Part shown: piece after piece, positions 17,442 through 26,280 of the stretch | Layout: every line of letters begins with the position of its first letter | How positions within the stretch are numbered: position 1 is the first letter of the stretch | DNA from: a candidate division FCPU426 bacterium | GTDB lineage: Bacteria > Oederibacteriota > Muellerivitia > Muellerivitales > Muellerivitaceae | Length of the DNA stretch: 26,280 nucleotides | Assembly: GCA_963847625.1 (NCBI GenBank) | Contig: CAWKAR010000036.1 | Location: 1-26,280, forward strand | Reading direction: 5' to 3' | Position numbers and translations under genes: made by a program | The notes under the pieces: generated by a model | Seen by the model: the letters and a program-made list of their open reading frames with translations, nothing else | What the model was told of the DNA's origin: nothing | Database searches by the model: none

Positions 17442-17980
17442 AAGGTGATTATAAGGGGAAAAATGTTTTTTGAGAGGGTTTGAATAAAAAAAATATCGGT
17501 CTGAACAGTATATAAGGCAAATATTTTGAGGATTTGGAATGAGGAAAAAGGGAAAGAAGGGTTTAAATTGATATGATTTGAGTGCCTTTTGAGGCATGCG
17601 GCTATAGTTAGATAGATAGTCGCAAAACTACTTATTCTGTGATAACCGGGAATTTCGGCCAAAGGTTCGGCTTTTTTGTGGGAAAAGAAATGGGTTGGGG
17701 CCAAAGTTTGGATCGCCTTTTGGAGTAAGTCGCGAAGGCTTAAGAGGGCGGCTCAGATCCAAACAAACTCAATTCCACCGATACGATTTGTTTTCTCCGC
17801 AAAGTCAAAAACCCTGACATGAAAAAAAGTTTATATTTTGATTGTTTTCTTTCTGAGACCCGGCCGATCTATTTCGACCTTGAGTTGATTTCACCACTCG
17901 CGGAGTTTCCCAACCCTTTTTTCCCTCCCTCCCAAAAAAGCTGGTAAGGTATAAGGCGATTCTTATAGGGAGGTCTCACA

Positions 17981-18709
17981 ATGAGAATTTCATGGTTTTT
18001 GTTCCTGCCTCTAGCCCTTTTTCCCTTGGAAGCGTGGACCCAAACACCGGCCCCCACTCCGCCGAAAAAAATTTCCCGGCCTCTTTTTTTGAAACCAACC
18101 GACAAGATCCCTCTTGGTACTTTGAGAAGCCCGGGAGTTCCAGATCAGGGGCGGGATGGAAACCCACTAGGGGTGGATGAATCCATTTACGCTCCCCCGG
18201 CGGATATCCTGGATAAACTTTCCGACCCCGGCCTTTTCGAGGAAATTAAAAAGGCCAAGAAAAAAGAGAATCAGGTTAACCGGATTTATTGGCATACCAG
18301 CACTGGCTGGGAATATTGCCATTTTCGGGACGAGGAAGGAAACCACTGGTACGGTTGGAATGACCGGAAGGCTTTCCATTGGGTCCTTTGGCGGGGGGAC
18401 CGTTACTGGTGGCATGACGACTTTGCCGGGAACTGGCTCTATTACTTCAGGGGCTATTGGCTACGGGCTCACCAACAATCCTCGGGGGATCTTCAAGTGC
18501 TGATCAATAGTGAATATTACGTTTGCCAAAAGGACGGGACGATCACAAAAGACATGGGCCAGGATGGAAAAGGCGGTATCGTCAGCGGCAACGGGCCTTT
18601 CCGCGGCGATTTCCACCATGAGGGGAACGGCCACGGGAACGGGCATCCTTGGAACGGGTCGAAAGCTTCCTTGAACACAGGAATGCCTGGGAGTTCACCG
18701 AGCAATTGA
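17981..18709 (+). CDS. Secreted Trp/His-rich hypothetical protein (paralog 2)
   Basis: RBS GGAGG, signal peptide, and IYWH...WEYCHF...HWYGW...FHWVLW...RYWW, collinear with 11832-12596. Confidence 0.8.
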   Translation: MRISWFLFLPLALFPLEAWTQTPAPTPPKKISRPLFLKPTDKIPLGTLRSPGVPDQGRDGNPLGVDESIYAPPADILDKLSDPGLFEEIKKAKKKENQVNRIYWHTSTGWEYCHFRDEEGNHWYGWNDRKAFHWVLWRGDRYWWHDDFAGNWLYYFRGYWLRAHQQSSGDLQVLINSEYYVCQKDGTITKDMGQDGKGGIVSGNGPFRGDFHHEGNGHGNGHPWNGSKASLNTGMPGSSPSN

Positions 18710-18745
18710 ACTAACTGGTTTAAATCGGAAGACTGGTGGTCTTGC

Positions 18746-19390
18746 ATGATGCCGACCCGGACAAGGTTGAAACCTGCCGCAACAGGCGGGAGAAAACATC
18801 CCTATTCCGTGCGCCCGAACACCGTCAGAGTTGACCTCCCATCGATCCGTTCGATTGATCACGCCTGCACCGGCTGTTCCGGGACCGCGAATTGTTGCTG
18901 CTCCAAGTATGAGATCCTCGTGGATGACGCGGAACTCAACCGCATCATGCAGGCTTTGCCCGAAGCCGCTAAGCTCTGTCCGCATCTCAAAACGGATGAC
19001 GGATATGACAACGTCTTTGAGGAAGCAGAGGGGAGACTAAACTCAATTGACACGAGGGAAGACGGCCTCTGTGTCTTCGCTTATTCGGCCGGTCCTATGA
19101 TCCGTTGCTCCTTGCACACGGTCGAGGCAAGCCTAGGGCTGCCCTTGGGGAGCCTGAAACCGAAAGTGTGTTTGCTTTGGCCGCTGACCTTCTCGCAGGC
19201 CGGTGATGTTTTGACGCTTCATGACGACGCGTTTTCCTTCGGCTGCAATTCCCGGAGAAAGAACCCGACTCGCCGTATTTCCCCAGCCTTGCTTGAAACA
19301 ATCGGACATTTTTGCGCGGGGGATTTCAGCGCTCGGTCGGTGGAAAAGGCAAAAGGGAATAAGAAATACCGGTTAAAACTGGGTCCTTGA
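18746..19390 (+). CDS. Cysteine-cluster protein (DUF3109/YkgJ-like, putative Zn or Fe-S binding)
   Basis: CTGC...CCC, GLCVF, RCSLH, KPKVCLLWPL and a distal Cys. Confidence 0.7.
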   Translation: MMPTRTRLKPAATGGRKHPYSVRPNTVRVDLPSIRSIDHACTGCSGTANCCCSKYEILVDDAELNRIMQALPEAAKLCPHLKTDDGYDNVFEEAEGRLNSIDTREDGLCVFAYSAGPMIRCSLHTVEASLGLPLGSLKPKVCLLWPLTFSQAGDVLTLHDDAFSFGCNSRRKNPTRRISPALLETIGHFCAGDFSARSVEKAKGNKKYRLKLGP

Positions 19391-19555
19391 AAATGACGCG
19401 AATTATAGGCTTTTTTCACGAAATATCGGCTTTGATCCGTAACCGCGAACTAGTATTTGGTGGCATAATGAAAGAAGGATAATGGCGTCCGGGGTTGGAA
19501 ATAAATGCCATAAATAATTCTAAGCTTATGAATCGTGTCAATGGTTTGAGGTCTT

Positions 19556-20506
19556 ATGAAATATTACGTCGGCGTGACGGATGACGAGTGGTTCCACTTC
19601 CTGGCGGCAAAGAAGCCCGATGAGGTGAATTTCTGGCTGCCAAAAGCGAAAACCGGGTTCATCCCCTTATCTCCCGGGGCACCCTTCCTTTTCAAGCTTC
19701 CTAATCCAAACAATTTCATCGTGGGCGGCGGGTATTTCATCAAATTCAGCTTTTTGCCCCTGTCCTTGGCGTGGATGGCCTTCGGCGATAAAAACGGAAC
19801 AACAACCGAGGAAGAATGCCGCCAGAAGATCCTACAGGGTCGTAAGGGCCAACACGAGGATGACCATGACCCTAAGATCGGCTGTGTGATCCTGACCGAG
19901 CCCTTCTTTTTCGATCGTTCCCAATGGATCCCGGCACCCGCCTATTGGACGCAGACTCTCGTTTCAGGAAAAACGTACGATACCGGGAATAGCATGGAAG
20001 GTTTCAGGCTTTGGGAGGATGTAAAGGCCAGACTTGCGGGCAAGGACGACAAAGAATTGGCCGCTCTTGTGGATTTAGAAAATAAAGCACCTGAACTTCA
20101 AGCTCGGTACGGGGATCCTTTCCTCACCCGGACCCGAATTGGTTCCGGGGGGTTCCGGGTGGTTGTCATGGATGCCTACCAAAGACAGTGCGCCATTAGC
20201 GGGGAAAAGACCTTGCCGGTTTTGGAGGCTGTGCATATCAAACCCTATTCCGAGGCGGGGCCCAACAAGGTGCAAAACGGTATTCTGCTCAGGTCGGACC
20301 TGCGTACCCTGTTCGATAAGGGCTATCTATCGGTCGATCCGCAATTGAAAGTTTTGGTAAGCCCCCGGATCAAGAAAGAGTTTGAAAACGGCAGGGAATA
20401 TTACGCTTATCATGGGAAGGAATTGAAGGTGGTGCCGGAGAAGCCCGAGGAAAAGCCAAGCCCGGAATTCTTAAAATGGCACAATGAAAAACGGTTTTTG
20501 TTGTGA
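19556..20506 (+). CDS. HNH endonuclease, putative restriction endonuclease
   Basis: N-terminal VGVTDDEWF...DEVNFW...FLFKL...IVGGG. C-terminal AYQRQCAISG...LEAVHIKPY...NGILLRSDLRTLFDKG...FLKWHNE. Confidence 0.88.
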   Translation: MKYYVGVTDDEWFHFLAAKKPDEVNFWLPKAKTGFIPLSPGAPFLFKLPNPNNFIVGGGYFIKFSFLPLSLAWMAFGDKNGTTTEEECRQKILQGRKGQHEDDHDPKIGCVILTEPFFFDRSQWIPAPAYWTQTLVSGKTYDTGNSMEGFRLWEDVKARLAGKDDKELAALVDLENKAPELQARYGDPFLTRTRIGSGGFRVVVMDAYQRQCAISGEKTLPVLEAVHIKPYSEAGPNKVQNGILLRSDLRTLFDKGYLSVDPQLKVLVSPRIKKEFENGREYYAYHGKELKVVPEKPEEKPSPEFLKWHNEKRFLL

Positions 20507-21170
20507 GGCATTGAGGCGAGTTTAAACTATCAAGTATTGGCCCGGCCCCTGAGACTTTATTCTTTAATTCTTAAGTGCATTATGAATCAGCTCCATGGCG
20601 ATGTCCGAGTAGGAGTTGAGCATACCCGTGGTCGTGATCGTATTAGCCTGCCAAAGTGTGCTTCCATCCTTTGTAGATAAAGGAAAAACTTCAGAGCGAC
20701 CTCCCTGTGATTACCCTTGTTCGCGAACAGACTTTTGTCTTCCTCGGTTTTATTGCCTTCTCCCTTTACCCGGTATGTCCATCCCCGGGGTACAAGAATT
20801 GCGGGAAACAAAAAGGTCTATAAGGTGGATCCGTTCTGGACATCCGGATTAACCCTGGATCATTTAAAAGCCGGTAAATATTTTCTTTAATTTTTTCCCA
20901 CAAAACGCATTGGCAAAAAAGCATGACAAATTAATATTTATGAAAACGGTTTCAGGTTTTTGCCCTTTTATTGTTAACTATTTTGTCAGGGAGATATCGA
21001 TCTGTTTTGATTGATGGTACAATTTTTTTATGGTTCTTCACTAGAAGTGATTCTTCTATTCAAGTTAGATTAATGAAGTTTAAAAGGTTCGTACTAATAA
21101 CGATCTTAGGGCGACTCACAAGGTAATAAAATATTTCTGTGAGTTTTTACAAAAAGTTTTTAGGGAAAAA

Positions 21171-24100
21171 ATGTCCAAGCGAAAATCCAAATTTTTTATC
21201 GCGCTGTTGGCTTTTACAGTTGGAAGTCTTAGCACATTCATCCCAACCTTGAGTTTCGCCCAATGTACACCGACCTCCGCGAAGATCTGCGTGGCGAGTG
21301 ACGACTGGTCGCAAGTCTATGTCGGGGGCGTTTACCTGGGGCAAGTGGCTTATTGCAACTGGGACGGCACTGGCGTCTGTCCCCCGGGCTGCATCACCGT
21401 TCCTACTTCCCTGATCTCGGGAAGCCAGGTTTATGTCAGTGTCTATACCCAAAACACCGCCTGCAACAATCTTTATACCTCCTGGGATCTGGACATCACC
21501 TGTTCCGGCGGAAATCATTCTGAAATCACCAGCAGTACCAGCGGGGTCAAATTGGATTACATTAGTTCGGGGAATCCCACCACTCCCCCCGCCACCAACT
21601 GGTACGCGACCGACTACAGCACCAGCGGCTGGGGCAGCCCGACAGTGGTCAACACCACCACCGGCGCTTGTTGTTGGGGCCAAGATATTTTTAACCCCGT
21701 GACAGGTCAAATCGTTCCGTATGTGGCCTCCACCAGCGACGGGGATTACAGCACCAGCAATTGCGGCGGTGCCCTTTTTGAATCCGTAGCCACTACCATT
21801 CCGCCCCCCTCGCCGACCGTGGGGCCTGCGACGTTGGCGATCACAAAAAGCCTTGTATCCTCGAGTGAAAGCGGCGGGGACATGTTTGTGACTTTCCAGA
21901 TCGCGATTTGCAACACTGGGGGGCCAGTAACAACTGGTGGAGTGACGCTAACCGACACGCAAACCGGAACAACGGCTTTCGCCTTTGTCGGCTGGATTAT
22001 TCCGGCGGTTTCCACGACTGCCATCGATTACAACACGAACGCCAGTTGGCCGGAACCCGCGGCCAATGGCGGAAGCCCTGCGACTTGGGGGTACTTTCCG
22101 GGGAATACCTGCGTGACCCTTCTTGCCAGTATGGAAGATTATTACTGGGCGGGGAACCAGTGCCAAACGATCACCAACCAAGCCAGTGTGGCCTATTCCG
22201 GCGGCACTAAAAATTCCGGCACTGTGACAGTGAACCGTCCTTGCTTCACTAATACCTATACCCCTACCAATACCTTTACCTATACTCCGACACCCACCGC
22301 TACACGAACCTTCACCAACACTCCTACTTATACCTACACCTATACCTCGACCCAGAATGCCACTAACACCTTCACCCGTACCTACACTTTTACCTACACT
22401 AATACCAACACCCCCACTAATACTTCAACTCCAACGAACACCCCAACCCGAACCAATACACCGACCAACACACCGACCCCCACCCCGACACCGTCACCGA
22501 CCAATACCCCAACCCGCACCAATACTCCGACTCCGACCCCAACCCCCACACCCACAGTATCACCGACCCCCACACCAACAAACACCCCGACCCGGACGAA
22601 TACGCCGACCCCGACGAACACCCCAACCCCGACCCCGACCGTGTCACCTACCCCCACCCCGACCAATACCCCCACGAACACCCCGACCCGGACGAATACG
22701 CCCACTCCGACGAACACCCCGACTCCGACCCCGACCGTCTCGCCCACTCCCACGCCGACCAATACTCCCACGAACACCCCGACCCGGACGCCTACCCCTA
22801 CCCCGACTGTCTCGCCCACCCCCACTCCGACGAACACCCCGACACGGACGAATACACCCACCCCGACGAATACCCCGACTCCAACCCCGACTGTCTCGCC
22901 CACCCCCACACCGACCAATACCCCTACGAATACCCCGACCCGGACACCCACTCCAACCCCGACGAACACCCCAACCCCGACCCCGACTGTCTCGCCCACC
23001 CCCACACCGACAAATACCCCCACGAACACCCCGACCCGGACGCCGACACCCACCCCGACTAATACCCCAACTCCGACCCCGACCGTCTCGCCCACCCCCA
23101 CGCCGACGAATACCCCCACGAACACCCCGACCCGGACGCCGACTCCAACCCCCACAACAAGCCCCACGCCTACCCCCACAAACACACCCACGAACACACC
23201 CACGAATACTCCTACACCCACTCCGACCCGTACGCCCACCCCTACGCCTACGAACACCCCTACCCTGACTCCCACGAACACGCCAACACCGACTCCGACG
23301 ACGACCCCAACCCCGACCCCTACTAACACGCCCACGAGAACCCCTACTCCCACCCCGACCCCAACTCCTACCACAAGCCCCACCCCCACACCGACGAATA
23401 CTCCCACGAACACTCCGACTCGGACACCGACTCCTACTCCCACAACAACTCCCACTCCCACCCCGACCAATACCCCCACGAATACACCCACGAACACCCC
23501 CACACCGACCCCAACGACCACACCCACTCCGACCCCGACGAACACGCCTACGAATACACCGACAAGGACACCGACTCCTACTCCCACAACGACCCCGACT
23601 CCTACCCCAACCAATACGCCGACGAACACACCCACGCGCACGCCGACTCCCACGCCTACCATCACCCCCACGCCCACCCCGACCAACACGCCCACGAATA
23701 CACCTTCGCCGACCCCCAGCCCGACCGGCACCACATCGCCCACGAACACCCCGACCAACACGCCGACTCGCACGAATACACCTACCCCGACTCCCACACC
23801 CACCATTACCCCCACACCCACCCCGACCAATACCCCGACTAATACGCCCACACGTACCCCGACACCCACCCCGACAACGACGCCCTCTCCCACGCCGACG
23901 AATACCCCAACCAACACACCCACGAACACACCCACTCCGACCCCAACGACCACACCCACACCCACCCCAACGAACACGCCCACGAGAACACCCACATCCA
24001 CACCTACTCCCACCCTCACGACGACACCCACACCCACGCCAACCAATACCTCGATCAACACCCCGACGCGCACACCTACTCCCACTCCCACGACGACTCC

Positions 24101-26279
24101 AACACCTACGCCAACCAATACCCCGACCAACACACCGACAAACACACCCACGCCGACCCCGACGACCACACCCACACCCACCCCGACGAACACGCCCACG
24201 AATACACCGACGAGGACCCCGACCCCGACCCCGACGACCACACCCACACCCACCCCGACCAATACGGCCACGAATACTCCGACGAGGACTCCAACCCCCA
24301 CGCCTACCATCACTCCCACACCGACACCCACGAACACGCCCACGAATACTCTCTCGCCGACCCCCAGCCCGACCGGGACCACCTCACCCACGAATACCCC
24401 GACCAATACGCCCACGAGAACGTCCACCCCCACGTCGACTCCCACACCCACGATCACACCCACGCCTACGCCAACCAATACCCCGACTAATACGCCCACA
24501 CGTACCCCAACACCCACCCCCACGACGACTCCCACACCCACGCCAACCAATACCCCGACCAACACACCGACAAACACACCCACCTCGACCCCGACGACCA
24601 CACCTACACCCACCCCGACGAACACGCCCACGAATACACCGACGAGGACCCCGACCCCAACTCCGACGACCACACCCACACCCACCCCGACCAATACGGC
24701 CACGAATACCCCGACGAGGACCCCAACCCCCACGCCGACCATCACCCCCACCCCAACACCCACGAACACGCCGACGAATACGCTCTCGCCGACCCCCAGC
24801 CCGACCGGGACCACCTCACCCACGAATACCCCGACCAATACGCCCACGAGAACGTCCACGCCTACTCCGACTTCCACACCCACGATCACACCCACGCCTA
24901 CGCCCACGAATACCCCAACCAACACACCCACCAACACCCCTACGCCAACCCCGACGACCACACCCACGCCAACCCCGACCAATACGCCGACTCGTACGCC
25001 CACACCCACCCCAACTTCTACGCCCACAGTCACACCCTCACCCACGCCCACGAACACACCGACCAACACACCCACGCCCACACCCACGCCGACTCCGACG
25101 ACCACACCCTCTCCCACCCCGACCAATACGCCTACGAACACGCCGACCCGGACACCCACGCCCACCCCGACGATCACGCCCACGCCCACACCAACCAACA
25201 CGCCTACGATCACACTCACTCCGACCCCCAGCCCGACCGGGACCACCTCACCCACAAACACTCCGACCAATACACCCACGAGAACGTCCACACCTACTTC
25301 GACTTCCACACCCACGATCACACCCTCTCCCACGCCGACCAATACCCCGACCAACACCCCCACGAACACTCCCACTCCGACCCCGACGACGACACCCACC
25401 TTCACCCCGACCAACACGCCGACTCGTACGCCCACATCCACCCCGACACCCACCCCGACGACCACATCCTCGCCCACGCCCACGAATACCCCGACCAACA
25501 CACCCACAAACACGCCCACCCCGACTCCGACGACGACACCCACGCCGACCCCGACCAACACCCCCACGAACACGTCGACTTCCACGTCCACCCCTACACC
25601 CACCATCACGTCTTCTCCGACCCCCAGCCCGACCGGGACGACATCACCCACGAATACGCCCACGATTACGCCAACGACTACGCCCACTCCCACGTCCACG
25701 AACACCCCGACCTCAACGCCCACCCCCACGCCGACCTTGACACCGACTGCGACTCCGACCACCACGTCCACTTCGACACCTACCCCGACTCTGACCAACA
25801 CACCGACGAACACCCCGACGAATACGCCGATTTCGACGTCGACTAGCACGTCGACTTCGACTCCTACCCCGACTCCGACCAACACGCCCATCTTCACGCT
25901 AACATTCACCAACACTCCGACGAACACCCCCACATCCACGAACACCCCGACCAACACTCCTACCCCGACGCCGACGAACACACCCACGAACACATCGACG
26001 CCAACCCCGACTCCAACCAGCACTTCCACCGCCACACCCACTTCGACCAACACCCCTCCCTTCACGTATACGTTCACCCCAACCCCGACGAACACGCCGA
26101 CGCCTACGAATACTTCCACCAATACCTACACATCGACCCCAACCGCCACGTTCACCGACACCTCCACACCCACGAATACCAACACTCCCACGAATACGCC
26201 CACCGTCACTTCGACTTCCACGCCGACAAACACTCTCACCAACACCTACACGCCGACTTCCACATCCACAGCCACGAAC
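21171..26279 (+). CDS. Giant secreted surface protein: signal peptide, Cys-rich lectin-like head, DUF11/Ig-like domain, >1300-aa Thr/Pro stalk; 3'-partial
   Basis: Hand translation from ATG 21171 gives [18 protein letters not shown]...[26 protein letters not shown]...LAITKS...[12 protein letters not shown]...VTLTDT...ITNQASVAY...RPCF, then TNTYTPT repeats. I saw no stop before the window end (1703 codons), which explains its absence from the ORF track. Confidence 0.93.
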   Translation, partial: MSKRKSKFFIALLAFTVGSLSTFIPTLSFAQCTPTSAKICVASDDWSQVYVGGVYLGQVAYCNWDGTGVCPPGCITVPTSLISGSQVYVSVYTQNTACNNLYTSWDLDITCSGGNHSEITSSTSGVKLDYISSGNPTTPPATNWYATDYSTSGWGSPTVVNTTTGACCWGQDIFNPVTGQIVPYVASTSDGDYSTSNCGGALFESVATTIPPPSPTVGPATLAITKSLVSSSESGGDMFVTFQIAICNTGGPVTTGGVTLTDTQTGTTAFAFVGWIIPAVSTTAIDYNTNASWPEPAANGGSPATWGYFPGNTCVTLLASMEDYYWAGNQCQTITNQASVAYSGGTKNSGTVTVNRPCFTNTYTPTNTFTYTPTPTATRTFTNTPTYTYTYTSTQNATNTFTRTYTFTYTNTNTPTNTSTPTNTPTRTNTPTNTPTPTPTPSPTNTPTRTNTPTPTPTPTPTVSPTPTPTNTPTRTNTPTPTNTPTPTPTVSPTPTPTNTPTNTPTRTNTPTPTNTPTPTPTVSPTPTPTNTPTNTPTRTPTPTPTVSPTPTPTNTPTRTNTPTPTNTPTPTPTVSPTPTPTNTPTNTPTRTPTPTPTNTPTPTPTVSPTPTPTNTPTNTPTRTPTPTPTNTPTPTPTVSPTPTPTNTPTNTPTRTPTPTPTTSPTPTPTNTPTNTPTNTPTPTPTRTPTPTPTNTPTLTPTNTPTPTPTTTPTPTPTNTPTRTPTPTPTPTPTTSPTPTPTNTPTNTPTRTPTPTPTTTPTPTPTNTPTNTPTNTPTPTPTTTPTPTPTNTPTNTPTRTPTPTPTTTPTPTPTNTPTNTPTRTPTPTPTITPTPTPTNTPTNTPSPTPSPTGTTSPTNTPTNTPTRTNTPTPTPTPTITPTPTPTNTPTNTPTRTPTPTPTTTPSPTPTNTPTNTPTNTPTPTPTTTPTPTPTNTPTRTPTSTPTPTLTTTPTPTPTNTSINTPTRTPTPTPTTTPTPTPTNTPTNTPTNTPTPTPTTTPTPTPTNTPTNTPTRTPTPTPTTTPTPTPTNTATNTPTRTPTPTPTITPTPTPTNTPTNTLSPTPSPTGTTSPTNTPTNTPTRTSTPTSTPTPTITPTPTPTNTPTNTPTRTPTPTPTTTPTPTPTNTPTNTPTNTPTSTPTTTPTPTPTNTPTNTPTRTPTPTPTTTPTPTPTNTATNTPTRTPTPTPTITPTPTPTNTPTNTLSPTPSPTGTTSPTNTPTNTPTRTSTPTPTSTPTITPTPTPTNTPTNTPTNTPTPTPTTTPTPTPTNTPTRTPTPTPTSTPTVTPSPTPTNTPTNTPTPTPTPTPTTTPSPTPTNTPTNTPTRTPTPTPTITPTPTPTNTPTITLTPTPSPTGTTSPTNTPTNTPTRTSTPTSTSTPTITPSPTPTNTPTNTPTNTPTPTPTTTPTFTPTNTPTRTPTSTPTPTPTTTSSPTPTNTPTNTPTNTPTPTPTTTPTPTPTNTPTNTSTSTSTPTPTITSSPTPSPTGTTSPTNTPTITPTTTPTPTSTNTPTSTPTPTPTLTPTATPTTTSTSTPTPTLTNTPTNTPTNTPISTSTSTSTSTPTPTPTNTPIFTLTFTNTPTNTPTSTNTPTNTPTPTPTNTPTNTSTPTPTPTSTSTATPTSTNTPPFTYTFTPTPTNTPTPTNTSTNTYTSTPTATFTDTSTPTNTNTPTNTPTVTSTSTPTNTLTNTYTPTSTSTATN

Positions 26280-26280
26280 A
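22248..26280 (+). repeat. Coding low-complexity (T/S-X)n repeat with higher-order units
   Basis: ACN-CCN/AAY codon alternation. The landmark [10 protein letters not shown] has its AGC codon at 23718, 24366, 24798, 25230 and 25626. Near-identical 432-bp duplication (about 24110 versus 24542). Confidence 0.95.

Noticed and set aside
17442..17597. Upstream extension of the 411-aa ORF
   Set aside because: AT-rich, promoter-like sequence. The zinc ribbon at 17441 is the natural N-terminus.
22394..26122. 1242-aa Val/Gly ORF on the minus strand, and the Pro/Arg ORF 22357-23268
   Set aside because: Shadow frames of the ACN-CCN repeat. The + frame from 21171 has the signal peptide and folded domains.
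22248..26280. Possible CRISPR array or non-coding satellite
   Set aside because: No constant repeat with unique spacers and no cas genes. Variation is concentrated at third codon positions.

Overview
Bacterial window with two parts. 1-7833 is the right end of an integrative, probably conjugative, element inserted in tRNA-Asp. It contains an AT-rich, frameshifted metallophosphoesterase/GASH/GTPase-type conflict module cut by an IS3 with no target duplication. After the IS come a truncated VirB8/TraK-like gene, a stand-alone paralog of a TPR N-terminus, a TPR-GGDEF gene with a non-canonical base-specificity residue, SpoVG-like, Xis and tyrosine integrase genes, and the displaced tRNA-Asp 3' end (att). 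7880-26280 looks like host chromosome: tRNA-Arg(UCG), IS30, DUF6786-like, outer-membrane beta-barrel, two paralogous secreted Trp-rich proteins, a GT-C glycosyltransferase, rhodanese, GYD, zinc-ribbon membrane, Cys-cluster and HNH genes. It ends with the first 1703 codons of a giant secreted protein with a >1300-residue (Thr-X)n stalk that the ORF track missed. Family calls come from motif recognition by eye, not database searches. Several homopolymer frameshifts may be sequencing errors.
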